The position numbers were made by a program, and so were the translations under genes. From a virus, in the IMG/VR virus record IMGVR_UViG_3300021407_000013, positions 11,146 through 75,145 of that record: a stretch of 64,000 nt of DNA, one strand, 5' to 3'. The notes below the pieces were generated by a model that saw only the letters and a program-made list of their open reading frames with translations, made no database searches and had not been told where the DNA came from. The first letter of the stretch is position 1. Every line of letters begins with the position of its first letter. Below are positions 46,094 through 56,037 of this stretch, one piece after another.

Positions 46094-46975
46094 ATGACAG
46101 AGATTCAAATCATAGGCGCTGGTATGGCAGGATTATTGGCTGCCAATATCTTGAGGCGCCACAGAGTAACGGTCTTTGAAAAGCAGGCAGAACTGCCAAA
46201 TAATCATCACGCAGTCTTGCGATTTAAAAACCCAGAAATAGGCAATCTTTTGGGTATTCCTTTTAAAAAAGTTAATATGATTAAAACTTACATGCCATCT
46301 ATGAATGTAGTAGCTGACAGTCTTACATATTCAAAGAAAGTAACTGGTAAGTATCTATCAAATAGATCCATTATAGAAGGTACTGTTCAAGCAGAACGGT
46401 ATATTGCGCCAACAAATCTAATTGAACAAATGGCACAGAACGTGCTAGTTAGTTATGGCACAGATTTCAAACCATTGCAAAATAAAGCGAATATTCCAAT
46501 CAAAGTTATTTCAACTATACCTATGCCAACATTAATGGCACTGCTAGAATACGAACATGAGATTGATTTCGAGAGCAGACCTGGAATAGTATTCACAGGT
46601 AGAGTGTTGAACTGTGATGCTTATGTTTCTGTTTTATTTCCAGGTGGAGAACCTTATAGTCGCGCCACTATAACAGGCGACCAGCTAATGATAGAGTTTC
46701 CAAATACGACAGAACTTCCTGAAACTATTGATATAGCTCGCGCCTATTGGGCATTAGGTCTTTCAGATTCAGTTGTTTTAGACGCTGATTTTAAAAAACA
46801 AGGCTACTTCAAAATCAGCGAGATAGATGAAGCTGAACGCAAGGCGTTTATGCGTTGGGCAACTGTCACGCACGGTATCTATTCTCTGGGGCGCTACGCG
46901 ACTTGGCGACCAAAACTGTTATTGGACGATCTAGTCCACGATATTCGCAAGATAGAAGGATGGATCTGTAAATGA
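46094..46975 (+). CDS. FAD/NAD(P)-binding oxidoreductase
   Basis: IIGAGMAGLLAA..VFE Rossmann motif; C-terminal SLGRYATW. Confidence 0.8.
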   Translation: MTEIQIIGAGMAGLLAANILRRHRVTVFEKQAELPNNHHAVLRFKNPEIGNLLGIPFKKVNMIKTYMPSMNVVADSLTYSKKVTGKYLSNRSIIEGTVQAERYIAPTNLIEQMAQNVLVSYGTDFKPLQNKANIPIKVISTIPMPTLMALLEYEHEIDFESRPGIVFTGRVLNCDAYVSVLFPGGEPYSRATITGDQLMIEFPNTTELPETIDIARAYWALGLSDSVVLDADFKKQGYFKISEIDEAERKAFMRWATVTHGIYSLGRYATWRPKLLLDDLVHDIRKIEGWICK

Positions 46976-47247
46976 AAAAGCCACCGCCTTTAGGTGATCA
47001 AGCAATACAACCAGAATACAAAGAGAAGATGATAGCTCTAGCGCAAGCTGTCGATGAACTCTTTAATGGAGAAGCCAAAGGCAAAGACAAAAAAGTTGGC
47101 TTTGTATTGCTCGTATTTCCATTTGGAAACGAAGATGGGCGCTGCAATTATATCAGCAACGGTGCTGATAGAAAAGACATTGTTGTTATGATGAAAGAGC
47201 AGATTAAACGATTTGAAGGCCAAAAAGAAGAAGTTGGGAGAGCATAA
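46972..47247 (+). CDS. Conserved phage hypothetical protein
   Basis: GFVLLVFPFG....CNYISNG. Confidence 0.6.
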   Translation: MKKPPPLGDQAIQPEYKEKMIALAQAVDELFNGEAKGKDKKVGFVLLVFPFGNEDGRCNYISNGADRKDIVVMMKEQIKRFEGQKEEVGRA

Positions 47248-47990
47248 TGAAAGTCACACTAATCGACGGAACAGGTTTTGGATCTCCAAATCCAAGTCGT
47301 TATGCTGCAAATATGATCGCATATACTCGATCAACAAGACTCAATATGTCTCCAGGATTACTTGCTGAAATACAAGCCAAAGAGGATTATGAAGTCCTTA
47401 AAGAACTAGAATTGGCAGCAGGTACTATTCCATCTAGTTGGGAGTTCGTGCAATTTACATTCGTCATAGAGAAGGTGACGCGAGCATTCACCCATCAATT
47501 GGTGCGTACCAGACACGCCTCATATGCCCAACAAGCTATGCGTATTGTTGAGATGAAAGATTTTGAGTACGCAACAGGTCCAACATTAACTGGACATTAT
47601 AAAGGCATGTATGAAGATACTATGAAGAAAATAGCAGAGACATATGAATTTCTTGTTGATACAGAAGGAGTAGCTGCTGAAGACGCTCGTGGATTATTGC
47701 CAACAAATATTCTCACCAATATCTGTATGCACATCAACATGCGTAATTTTGTTAATTTGACAAGAAAGCGTGTCAGCAAACGAGTGCAAGATGAGTACAG
47801 GAATGTGCTTGATGCCTCAATAATGGAGGTCGAGAAAGTATATCCGTGGTTCTATCTTTTTTATAAGAACGACGGTTTCAAAGCCAGAGTAGATCTGCAA
47901 AATATGATCTATGACAACAAGAAACTATCTTCTGAAGAAAAGGTTGACATGGTTAAGAAATTGGATATAATAGGAGGGCAAGAACTATAA
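47247..47990 (+). CDS. thyX: Flavin-dependent thymidylate synthase-like protein (divergent motif)
   Basis: E...FTF.IE.VTRAFTHQLVRTR.ASYAQQAMR and EDARGLLP. Confidence 0.8.
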   Translation: MKVTLIDGTGFGSPNPSRYAANMIAYTRSTRLNMSPGLLAEIQAKEDYEVLKELELAAGTIPSSWEFVQFTFVIEKVTRAFTHQLVRTRHASYAQQAMRIVEMKDFEYATGPTLTGHYKGMYEDTMKKIAETYEFLVDTEGVAAEDARGLLPTNILTNICMHINMRNFVNLTRKRVSKRVQDEYRNVLDASIMEVEKVYPWFYLFYKNDGFKARVDLQNMIYDNKKLSSEEKVDMVKKLDIIGGQEL

Positions 47991-48175
47991 TGGAACTCAA
48001 ACTTAGCTGGGCAGAAGAAATAGCCCTAGATGTCTCAATGTGTTATCAACAAGGTAAAACTGCGCGACAGAGAGGTGAGAGTAGATTTACCAATCCCTAT
48101 ACCAAAGTAAAGTTCACTTACGAGCAAGCTTGGGATACAGGTTGGACTGACGAGGACGGCCTTATAAACCAATGA
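47990..48175 (+). CDS. Small RMF/CrpP-like protein
   Basis: Y.QG..A..G....NPY.......AW..GW. Confidence 0.45.
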   Translation: MELKLSWAEEIALDVSMCYQQGKTARQRGESRFTNPYTKVKFTYEQAWDTGWTDEDGLINQ

Positions 48176-48618
48176 TTGTAGTAGTTGATCTCGATCATAC
48201 TGTGTCTGACGCGTTTTGGCGCGACAGTATGATTGGCATCAATCCTTGGGATGAATATTACGAAAATGCTAAGTATGATAAGCCATTTAAGAATGTAGCC
48301 AATTTAATTAATTCTCTTTCTGCTATGAATTATGAGATTATAGCATTTACTGGAAGGCCGGAAAAATTCAGAACACTAACTGTTAGTTGGTTAGTGCGGA
48401 ATAGAATTGACATAGACACTATCTTGATGCGCCCAGACGAGGATTATACCAAAAACAGCGAATTGAAACTTAGAATGATCAAAGATCATTTTAAGGGTAT
48501 TTATCATCAAATTCATTTTATTATAGATGATAACGAAGAATCAGTATTAGAGTTTTACAAATTGGGAATACCTACTCTGCAAATCAGAAATGTAAGACCA
48601 AAGGATCTGTTTGCATGA
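48172..48618 (+). CDS. HAD-family phosphatase (T4 PNKP phosphatase-like)
   Basis: DLDHT, TGRPE, LMRP and IDDN. Confidence 0.8.
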   Translation: MIVVVDLDHTVSDAFWRDSMIGINPWDEYYENAKYDKPFKNVANLINSLSAMNYEIIAFTGRPEKFRTLTVSWLVRNRIDIDTILMRPDEDYTKNSELKLRMIKDHFKGIYHQIHFIIDDNEESVLEFYKLGIPTLQIRNVRPKDLFA

Positions 48619-48902
48619 CAACAGAAACAGAACGCGCCATAATGTTAGCTGAGACATTAATAGGAATTATGAAAGAGCGCGAAAAGAAATATGGTAGCAA
48701 TGAAAGTAAAACAGCCCAGATATTGATGATATTATTTCCAGATGGATTCAAAATTGAACATGAGGAGGCAGCGGCAAAATTCAAACTCTTAATCTATGTC
48801 ATAGATAAACTTAGTAGATATTCAAAAGAAGGAGACGTAGATTCATTATTAGATTTAGCTGGTTATGCGTTAAGACTAGCAGCGTTTGATCCACGGGAGT
48901 AG
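48615..48902 (+). CDS. DUF6378/Nmad1-like helical nucleotide-modification-associated protein
   Basis: ER.K.YG...KL.R......DS.LDLAGYA. Confidence 0.55.
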   Translation: MTTETERAIMLAETLIGIMKEREKKYGSNESKTAQILMILFPDGFKIEHEEAAAKFKLLIYVIDKLSRYSKEGDVDSLLDLAGYALRLAAFDPRE

Positions 48903-48907
48903 TAGCC

Positions 48908-49183
48908 ATGCCTGTAGCTGATAAGACACTAGCATACGTCAAATCTCTTCCGAATATGGAAGATGTGGAACTCATCGATCAATTTTTTAAAAAGAAAGGC
49001 CCAATTTCTAGGGCTGAAGTAGCTCTTCAAGTTGAAAGAAAAGCTAGCATCCAAAGCAAAAAACATTTAATTTGGATGCGTGATGCATTATTGGCAGCGT
49101 TTCCTTTACAACCGCCTCGATCCATACAACTACATGAACGAAATCAAGCACCAATATACAAAGCATTTGATACAAATAAATGA
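48908..49183 (+). CDS. Hypothetical protein
   Basis: ORF in operon. Confidence 0.5.
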   Translation: MPVADKTLAYVKSLPNMEDVELIDQFFKKKGPISRAEVALQVERKASIQSKKHLIWMRDALLAAFPLQPPRSIQLHERNQAPIYKAFDTNK

Positions 49184-49713
49184 TAGCTACAGTCTTTGAC
49201 ACAGAAACAACGGGGTTAATCATTAACCCCGCTCGTAAATTGGATACGCAGCCAGAAATTATATCGCTGGCTATGCAATCATTAATTGTGCCTAGTGGTG
49301 AATTACAAGTATCATATTATAAAGTCTTCAAACCAAAGAAGCCTATCCCTGAAGAGATTACGAAAATAACTGGATTCACTAATGACTCCGTCTCTGAGGC
49401 GCCACCAATTAAAGATCACTTGGATGATATAATTGTTTTCTTAGAAACATCAGAATTAATTATTGGCCAAAACCTCGGCTTCGATATGAGTATGATAGAA
49501 TTAGAATGCCAAAGAGAAAACAGAAAAATTAAATGGCCAAGAAAACTTGATCTTGTTGCCAGCACTATACACCTCAAAGGTTATCGTTTGAGTCTTAAGA
49601 ACCTTCATACAGAATTGTTTGGAGTTGCGTTTGAAGATTCACATACCGCAGATGCAGACGTTGCAGCAACCGTGAGATGCACTGTGGAATTATATAAGCG
49701 CGGCTTGTTATGA
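49180..49713 (+). CDS. dnaQ: DEDDh 3'-5' exonuclease (DnaQ/epsilon-like)
   Basis: FDTETTG, GQN..FD and H.A.ADV. Confidence 0.88.
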   Translation: MIATVFDTETTGLIINPARKLDTQPEIISLAMQSLIVPSGELQVSYYKVFKPKKPIPEEITKITGFTNDSVSEAPPIKDHLDDIIVFLETSELIIGQNLGFDMSMIELECQRENRKIKWPRKLDLVASTIHLKGYRLSLKNLHTELFGVAFEDSHTADADVAATVRCTVELYKRGLL

Positions 49714-49976
49714 AGAAGGTGAAGTATTACGTGTCCAGATACAACAAGCAGGAAGCTGAAATCCCAGAGACATGGGAAGAGGCACATGAAATGCTAGAGC
49801 ACGTAATGAGAAATTATAATAGCCATCGAGGCGGCAATAATGAGCGCCTCTCAGTTGCATGTCGTGTTGCATTTGGTATGTTTAATAGAGATAATTTAAT
49901 ACCAGATCCAACACATGCCTTAATGTTTTTGATGTTAAAGATTTGTGAACGCAAAGGAGCAGGGCTTGACAAATGA
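49710..49976 (+). CDS. Hypothetical protein
   Basis: ATGA coupled on both sides. Confidence 0.55.
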   Translation: MKKVKYYVSRYNKQEAEIPETWEEAHEMLEHVMRNYNSHRGGNNERLSVACRVAFGMFNRDNLIPDPTHALMFLMLKICERKGAGLDK

Positions 49977-52879
49977 GAATCAAGTCAGAATATAGCTTTC
50001 GTCACGCATACGGAAAGATTGAAGACGTTCATAATCGGGTGCTTCAATGCGACTGGCTAGCAGCGCCCATCTCAGATCGTTTAAGCACATTTGGGTTTAC
50101 AGATTGGGAAAAACTGTGCGACGAAGTTAAAGTTAAACCAGTGTTTGGTGTAGAGCTTGGAGTGACACCAATTCTAGGCCAGAAGAAACCGCCAGTGTCT
50201 TACTGGACCTTTTTCGCCACGAGCAAGCTCCGCACCATTAATGAATTAGTTCTCAAAGCTACATCCAAGACAGGCTATTATCCAGTCCTATCTTATGAAG
50301 AAGCTACTTCTACTCCAATAGAAGATGTCATAATAATTGTTGACAATAAAGTATTGCTAGAACAATTGGCTTTTTGTAATCATCCAAATAATCTATATAT
50401 AGCATTATCTCCATCTACTCCAATTGGATTATTTAGAGAGGCAAAGAAATGGGGCTATAGATTTATTGCATCTTCAGATAATGTTTTTACATACCCAGAT
50501 GACAAGCTGCCATATCATACGTTAATAGGAAAGAATTCTGAAACATCTTTGTTTCCTCAATACATTCTAACAGATGATGAATGGCGTGAGGCGCTACCAT
50601 ATGTAGTAACTGACGAAGATGCCCAAATGGCTATTATCAATAGAGATTTTGCATTGGACGTATGCAATGCAAAATTGCTTAAGGCTGACATATTCCGATC
50701 TACTCATAACTATTCATTAAGACAGATGTGCGAAGATGGCGCAGCAAAGTTGGGAATAGATCTAAACGATCCAGTCTATGCAGAACGATTGGATAGAGAA
50801 ATTCAATTAATTGAAGAAAAGAAATTCCAAGACTATTTCTTTATTGTGGCAGATTTGGTTGCTTATGCCAAAGAACACATGATAGTGGGGCCTGGTCGTG
50901 GATCTTCATCTGGTTCTCTGCTCTGTTACCTTTGTGGTATTACAAACGTCAATCCTATTAAATTTGGCTTACTCTTCGAGAGATTTATCGACGTCACAAG
51001 GGCGGACCTTCCTGACATTGATCTTGACTTTAGCGACGCTAAACGGCATTTGGTATTTGATTATATCAAAGATAAATATGGGATAGAACATGTGGCGCGT
51101 CTAGGCTCAGTAATGAGCTATAAGCCAAGATCAATTCTCAATACGGCAGGACAGTCTTTGGGTATACCAAAATGGCTGTGCGACAAAGTAGCTGACACAC
51201 TTATTGAGCGATCATCAAAAGATTCTCGGGCGCTACAATCATTTGAGGAGACTTTCTCTGACACAGAAATCGGAAGGAAACTACTCACGGAATATCCAGA
51301 GATTTCAGCAGTTTTTGAAGCTGAAGATCATGCAACTAATGCTGGCCAGCATGCAGCCGGTATCGCCATTACTAGTGGTGAAGTATTGGACTATGTTGCT
51401 ATTGATGGTCGGACTGGCGGAATCATGGCAGATAAATATGATGCAGAAGTTCTCAACATTCTTAAAATTGATATTTTGGGCCTATCTCAATTATCCGTTT
51501 TTGAACGAGCTTTAGAACTAATAGGTGAGGAACCCAAGAACGGCTTTCTTGAGGCGCTCCCATTAGATGATCAAAAGGCGTTCGATGTATTGAATAAGAA
51601 ACAGTTCTCAGGTATCTTCCAGGCGAATGGAAAGAGCTTGCAGATTTTGTTTCAATCTATTCATACGGATAGATTAGGAGATTTGGTAGCTATCACTTCT
51701 TTGTCGCGCCCAGGTCCAGTTGCTGCTGGTGGGGCAGTCCGTTGGACACGTAAGAGGATGGGAACAGAGCCAGCTACATATCATCATCCTATGTTAATTC
51801 CATTTTTGGAAGTTACATATGGCGAAGTAGTTTATCAAGAGCAGGTTATGAGTATTTGTCGCGATGTTGGTAAGATGGATTTTCGCGGCGTTACTAAAAT
51901 CAGAAAAGCTATGTCCAAATCTTTGGGCGTAGAAGAAATGAAGACTTTAGGCGAACCTTTTATGAAGGGTGCGCTTGAGAATGGATTAGATCAAAAAACG
52001 GCAGATACTATTTGGGCAGAACTAATCCAAATGGGTGCTTGGTCGTTTAATCTATCACATGCGCTTTCATATTCACTTATAACGTATTGGTGTTGCTGGC
52101 TTAAGGCATATCATCCTGTCGAGTTCGCAGCAGCCACTTTAGATAATGAGTACGAGCCTATGAAGCAACTCAGATTGCTTCGAGAGCTAGACATGGAAGG
52201 TATCAAATATAAGCCGTTAGATATTGAGGCATCTACCGATAGATGGAACATTAAAGTAGAGAATGACAAAAAGATCCTAGTTGGTCCTCTTACGAATATC
52301 AAAGGTGTCGGTCCAGTTACGGTGCGGAAGATATTAGAATCACGCAAACCTGGTGGCGCACCATTAACTCCTGCCATAATGGCTAAGCTAGAAACTGCGT
52401 CAACTAAGATAGATTCACTCACTCCGATTAGGGATGCAATCAATAAGATACATCCAGATTTGAGCAAGATCAATATTATATCAGAGCCTACTCCTATATG
52501 TGATCTCTATGCAGGGTTGAATGATCAATATACAATACTTGGGCTTGTCAAAAAGATACAGCCTCGGGATGAGAATGATCTTCATTCGTTAGCAAAGAGA
52601 GATGGCAGAAGAATAGAAGGTCCATCTTGGAGTCTCAATCTGTTCGTGCATGACGATACAGATGAGATATTATGTAAGATTGATAGATATGATTATTCAA
52701 CTTCCGGTAAGAAAATTGAAGAGATTGCTGGTGCAGGCGACTCTTTGTATGCCATTCGAGGGCGCATCCCAAGAGGCTTTAGAATGATTTTAATTTCAAA
52801 TATAAGATATTTGGGTAAAATGTCTGATCTTGAAATTAAGGCGCAACCAAAACTGAAGTATAGAGACCTGTTTGCATGA
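49973..52879 (+). CDS. dnaE: DNA polymerase III alpha subunit
   Basis: GPGRGS, LLFERF, PDIDLDF, HAAG, KIDILGL, YQEQVM and SFN.SHA. Confidence 0.95.
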   Translation: MRIKSEYSFRHAYGKIEDVHNRVLQCDWLAAPISDRLSTFGFTDWEKLCDEVKVKPVFGVELGVTPILGQKKPPVSYWTFFATSKLRTINELVLKATSKTGYYPVLSYEEATSTPIEDVIIIVDNKVLLEQLAFCNHPNNLYIALSPSTPIGLFREAKKWGYRFIASSDNVFTYPDDKLPYHTLIGKNSETSLFPQYILTDDEWREALPYVVTDEDAQMAIINRDFALDVCNAKLLKADIFRSTHNYSLRQMCEDGAAKLGIDLNDPVYAERLDREIQLIEEKKFQDYFFIVADLVAYAKEHMIVGPGRGSSSGSLLCYLCGITNVNPIKFGLLFERFIDVTRADLPDIDLDFSDAKRHLVFDYIKDKYGIEHVARLGSVMSYKPRSILNTAGQSLGIPKWLCDKVADTLIERSSKDSRALQSFEETFSDTEIGRKLLTEYPEISAVFEAEDHATNAGQHAAGIAITSGEVLDYVAIDGRTGGIMADKYDAEVLNILKIDILGLSQLSVFERALELIGEEPKNGFLEALPLDDQKAFDVLNKKQFSGIFQANGKSLQILFQSIHTDRLGDLVAITSLSRPGPVAAGGAVRWTRKRMGTEPATYHHPMLIPFLEVTYGEVVYQEQVMSICRDVGKMDFRGVTKIRKAMSKSLGVEEMKTLGEPFMKGALENGLDQKTADTIWAELIQMGAWSFNLSHALSYSLITYWCCWLKAYHPVEFAAATLDNEYEPMKQLRLLRELDMEGIKYKPLDIEASTDRWNIKVENDKKILVGPLTNIKGVGPVTVRKILESRKPGGAPLTPAIMAKLETASTKIDSLTPIRDAINKIHPDLSKINIISEPTPICDLYAGLNDQYTILGLVKKIQPRDENDLHSLAKRDGRRIEGPSWSLNLFVHDDTDEILCKIDRYDYSTSGKKIEEIAGAGDSLYAIRGRIPRGFRMILISNIRYLGKMSDLEIKAQPKLKYRDLFA

Positions 52880-54603
52880 TACGTGTAATTACAGAATCAA
52901 ACTACCTAATGATCCACGGGCCATTTCCTCTTGAGTTCCTCAAGATACTCTCACGCCTATCTGGACCAAAAATACGCTATTCATCTAAATCCATTAGATA
53001 TGATATGTCTGCATGGAATGTTAAGGTTCTCAAAGAAAGCGGATTTGAAATTGAATGGGAAGATACTGCGGCTGAGATAACACAGCTAGATGAGATTCAA
53101 TCTATTAAAGAAATGATGGATGATATTAAACCAATCAAATTTAATTACCATCCTAAATATGATCTTAAAGATCATCAAATAGAAGGACTCAATCTAAGCA
53201 CATATCGAAAAGCATTTGCTTGGTTCCTAGAGATGGGATTAGGCAAAACAGCTATGGCTATCGCCAACTTCTGTATCCTATACATGGAACAGAAAATTGA
53301 TGCTGTTCTTGTTCTGTCGCCAAAAGGCGTACACAAACAATGGATAGCAGAGGAAATTCCAAAGCACATAGATCCATCTGTTCCTTTAAATATGACGTTA
53401 TGGCATAGCGGCGGTTCATATGAATCTATTGACTTAAGGCAACAAGGTTCGCTCAATATATTTTCTTTGAACATAGATTCAGTCAATACAAAGGATGGCT
53501 GGTTTGCTATTCAGCAATTCTTTCGTTTGTTTGGTGCTCAATTTGACATAAGATATACCAAGAAAGGCGTAAGAGTATATGAAAACATAAAGCGCAAAGC
53601 TAAGATAATGATGATTATAGATGAGTCTCATCAAATAGGAAATTACACTTCAGGAAGAACTCAAGAGACAATAGATTTTGGAAGATTGGTAGAGTATCGC
53701 AGGATATTGACAGGCACTCCTATTGCCACTAGCCTACTTAATATTTGGTGTCAATTTATGTTTCTTGATCCTAAGATTATTGGATATAATTATGTTACTC
53801 CATTTAAGTCACATTTCTGCGAGCTTGGAGGATATACAGGTCAAGAGGTTGTTGGCAGCAAGAATGTTGAAGAGTTCTATAGTATCATTGCGCCACATTG
53901 CTTTAGAAAAACCAAAAAAGAATGTCTCGATCTTCCTGATAAGATTTACTCCAAACGCACTTATATGCTAGGTAATGAGACACGTTGGCATTACGAAAAT
54001 ATCAAACATGCATTTATGACACAACTGAAGTCAGGCAATTTAGTTGCGCCAAAGAATGCGCTGGCCGCAATGGTGCGCCTCCAGCAGATCTGTTCTGGCT
54101 TCTTGCCTGACGATGATGAGAATGAGACTGCGAGTAAGAGAGTATATGAAATCTTCTCTTACGAACGTGCCATCATTGCTTTAGACATGGTAAAGCAAAT
54201 TGAAGGGCAAGTTATCATCTGGGCGCGCTTCATCCCAGATATCAAATGTATCTCACATACATTTAAGAAAGAATTTGGTAACGATATATGTTTAATGGAA
54301 GAAAATCATTTATTTAAAACTGGTAAGAAAAAGATACTTTTATCAAATCAAGCTAAAGGAATTGGTGGCAATCTGCAAGAGTCAGGTTGCACATCTATGA
54401 TATACTATAATAATTCATACAATCTAATTCATAGACTTCAGTCAGAAGATCGTGTCCACAGAATGGGTATGCGTGGTGCGCTAACGATCTGGGATATAGT
54501 TGCTGACAAAACTGTTGACAAAGGCATAGCAGATAATTTGAAGGCTAAGAAAGACTTAGCTCAATTCGCTTTGGATGATATAAGGCAGCTTATCGAAGAC
54601 TGA
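52876..54603 (+). CDS. SNF2-type SF2 helicase
   Basis: EMGLGKT, IIDESH, LTGTP and QSEDRVHRMG. Confidence 0.9.
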   Translation: MIRVITESNYLMIHGPFPLEFLKILSRLSGPKIRYSSKSIRYDMSAWNVKVLKESGFEIEWEDTAAEITQLDEIQSIKEMMDDIKPIKFNYHPKYDLKDHQIEGLNLSTYRKAFAWFLEMGLGKTAMAIANFCILYMEQKIDAVLVLSPKGVHKQWIAEEIPKHIDPSVPLNMTLWHSGGSYESIDLRQQGSLNIFSLNIDSVNTKDGWFAIQQFFRLFGAQFDIRYTKKGVRVYENIKRKAKIMMIIDESHQIGNYTSGRTQETIDFGRLVEYRRILTGTPIATSLLNIWCQFMFLDPKIIGYNYVTPFKSHFCELGGYTGQEVVGSKNVEEFYSIIAPHCFRKTKKECLDLPDKIYSKRTYMLGNETRWHYENIKHAFMTQLKSGNLVAPKNALAAMVRLQQICSGFLPDDDENETASKRVYEIFSYERAIIALDMVKQIEGQVIIWARFIPDIKCISHTFKKEFGNDICLMEENHLFKTGKKKILLSNQAKGIGGNLQESGCTSMIYYNNSYNLIHRLQSEDRVHRMGMRGALTIWDIVADKTVDKGIADNLKAKKDLAQFALDDIRQLIED

Positions 54604-54645
54604 GAAAAACATGTCTGATCAGTTAAATAAAAGCAAAGATTTTGC

Positions 54646-54674
54646 TTGCAATCGACGGCGGAATGTGCTATCTT
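54646..54674 (+). promoter_or_regulatory. Sigma70-like promoter
   Basis: TTGCAA-N14-TGC-TATCTT. Confidence 0.6.
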
Positions 54675-54714
54675 GTACCAGGTGCTACATCCAGCACCGT
54701 CAAGGAGAGCACGT

Positions 54715-55557
54715 ATGTCAAAACTTTACCAAGTGCGTTACACGGTAGGCGACAAGACTGTGGCGCATGAACACTATACTGAGAAGGGCGCCAAGATGGA
54801 CGCCAAGTCTCTTTCCAAGGCTGTAGGCAACGCCGTTATTGGCGAGATCGAAATCAACGACGAAAGCCACGAGCAGTCACTTGTGCGAGTTTGGGAGTTT
54901 GCTGGCGGCGAGAGCGGCAAGCCAGTTAAAAAGGATGGTGCGCCACCTTCCGCGGTGGAAATCCTCAAGACTGCCGACGAGACGCGCCTCCAGGAGACCG
55001 TGAAGGAGAAGAAGCCCAAGTCTCCGAAGCTCACGGACGAGGAGAAAATCCAAAAGATCGCGGACGACGCAAGGGCCAAACTCGAACAGATCGAAGCTGG
55101 CACTTATGTTCTTCCCACTCGCGGTCGCAAGGCGGCAACTGACGAGACGGGCGAGCCCAAGAAGAAGAAGGCAGAGGTCAACAAGGTCGATAAAATCGTT
55201 GAGACTTTGGGTTGCAGCGAACATGCTGCGGAAGTTCTCAACGAGATTGGAACGACGGCAGTTTCCCGTCGCGCCAAGGTTGCAGCGTTCATTATCGACG
55301 GCAATGGACCTGTTGCTGCATCTGCCATCGTCGAGAAGCTCAACGCAGATCCCGACGAGAGCGACATCACGATCAAGAAGGTCGTGTCAGCCGCCAACTT
55401 CGACAACTATCTCTTCTCCAAGCACGAGCAACCTTGGAGGTTTACGATTAAGGCCAAGGGTGAGGATACGATCTTCAACTTCGTTCCGGTCAAGATCGAG
55501 TACCAGGGCGGGGCTGAAGACGAGCCCACGGACGAGCAGCAAGCCGCTGCTGAGTAA
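54715..55557 (+). CDS. Highly expressed Lys/Glu-rich protein
   Basis: AAGGAG RBS, GC-shifted codons, own promoter and terminator. Confidence 0.75.
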   Translation: MSKLYQVRYTVGDKTVAHEHYTEKGAKMDAKSLSKAVGNAVIGEIEINDESHEQSLVRVWEFAGGESGKPVKKDGAPPSAVEILKTADETRLQETVKEKKPKSPKLTDEEKIQKIADDARAKLEQIEAGTYVLPTRGRKAATDETGEPKKKKAEVNKVDKIVETLGCSEHAAEVLNEIGTTAVSRRAKVAAFIIDGNGPVAASAIVEKLNADPDESDITIKKVVSAANFDNYLFSKHEQPWRFTIKAKGEDTIFNFVPVKIEYQGGAEDEPTDEQQAAAE

Positions 55558-55563
55558 ATAAAT

Positions 55564-55593
55564 AGGGCGCTCTCAGGAGCGCCCTTTCTCTTT
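55564..55593 (+). terminator. Rho-independent terminator
   Basis: AGGGCGCTC-TCAG-GAGCGCCCT followed by TTCTCTTT. Confidence 0.75.
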
Positions 55594-55607
55594 GTGAGTA
55601 CAGCGAT

Positions 55608-55871
55608 ATGATGAAAGATAAGGTCAGATATTCTCCGCTAGAGCAGAGGATTTTAGATGCCATTCCTATGGACGGAAGTCACATCAATACGCTAGAATTG
55701 GTTAGCATGGTTTACGATGCAGGAGAGGCTCCACGAAATGCGCGTCAATCAATTCTCCACACAGCCAATTGTCTCATTGCTAAATCTGACGAAAACGAAG
55801 AGGATTGGGAGATCTTCAAGTCAACCTCCAAACCCGCATACTTTTGGCGTAAACCAAGAGGTTCCGAGTAG
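55608..55871 (+). CDS. Winged-helix-like hypothetical protein
   Basis: S.LEQRILD......I...EL...VY. Confidence 0.5.
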   Translation: MMKDKVRYSPLEQRILDAIPMDGSHINTLELVSMVYDAGEAPRNARQSILHTANCLIAKSDENEEDWEIFKSTSKPAYFWRKPRGSE

Positions 55872-56037
55872 GCAGGTCCGCGGCGGCTCCGATCGCAGGC
55901 CTGGGAGGCTGTTGGATAGCCCATAGGAGGCTCTAGGGCAGGCAAGGGCGGCTTAATCGTTTGTGTCCGGTATATCGGCAACCCCCTAGAAACGATTAGG
56001 GTTTTTCTGAAAATCACAAAATAACAGAGGTAGCAAA

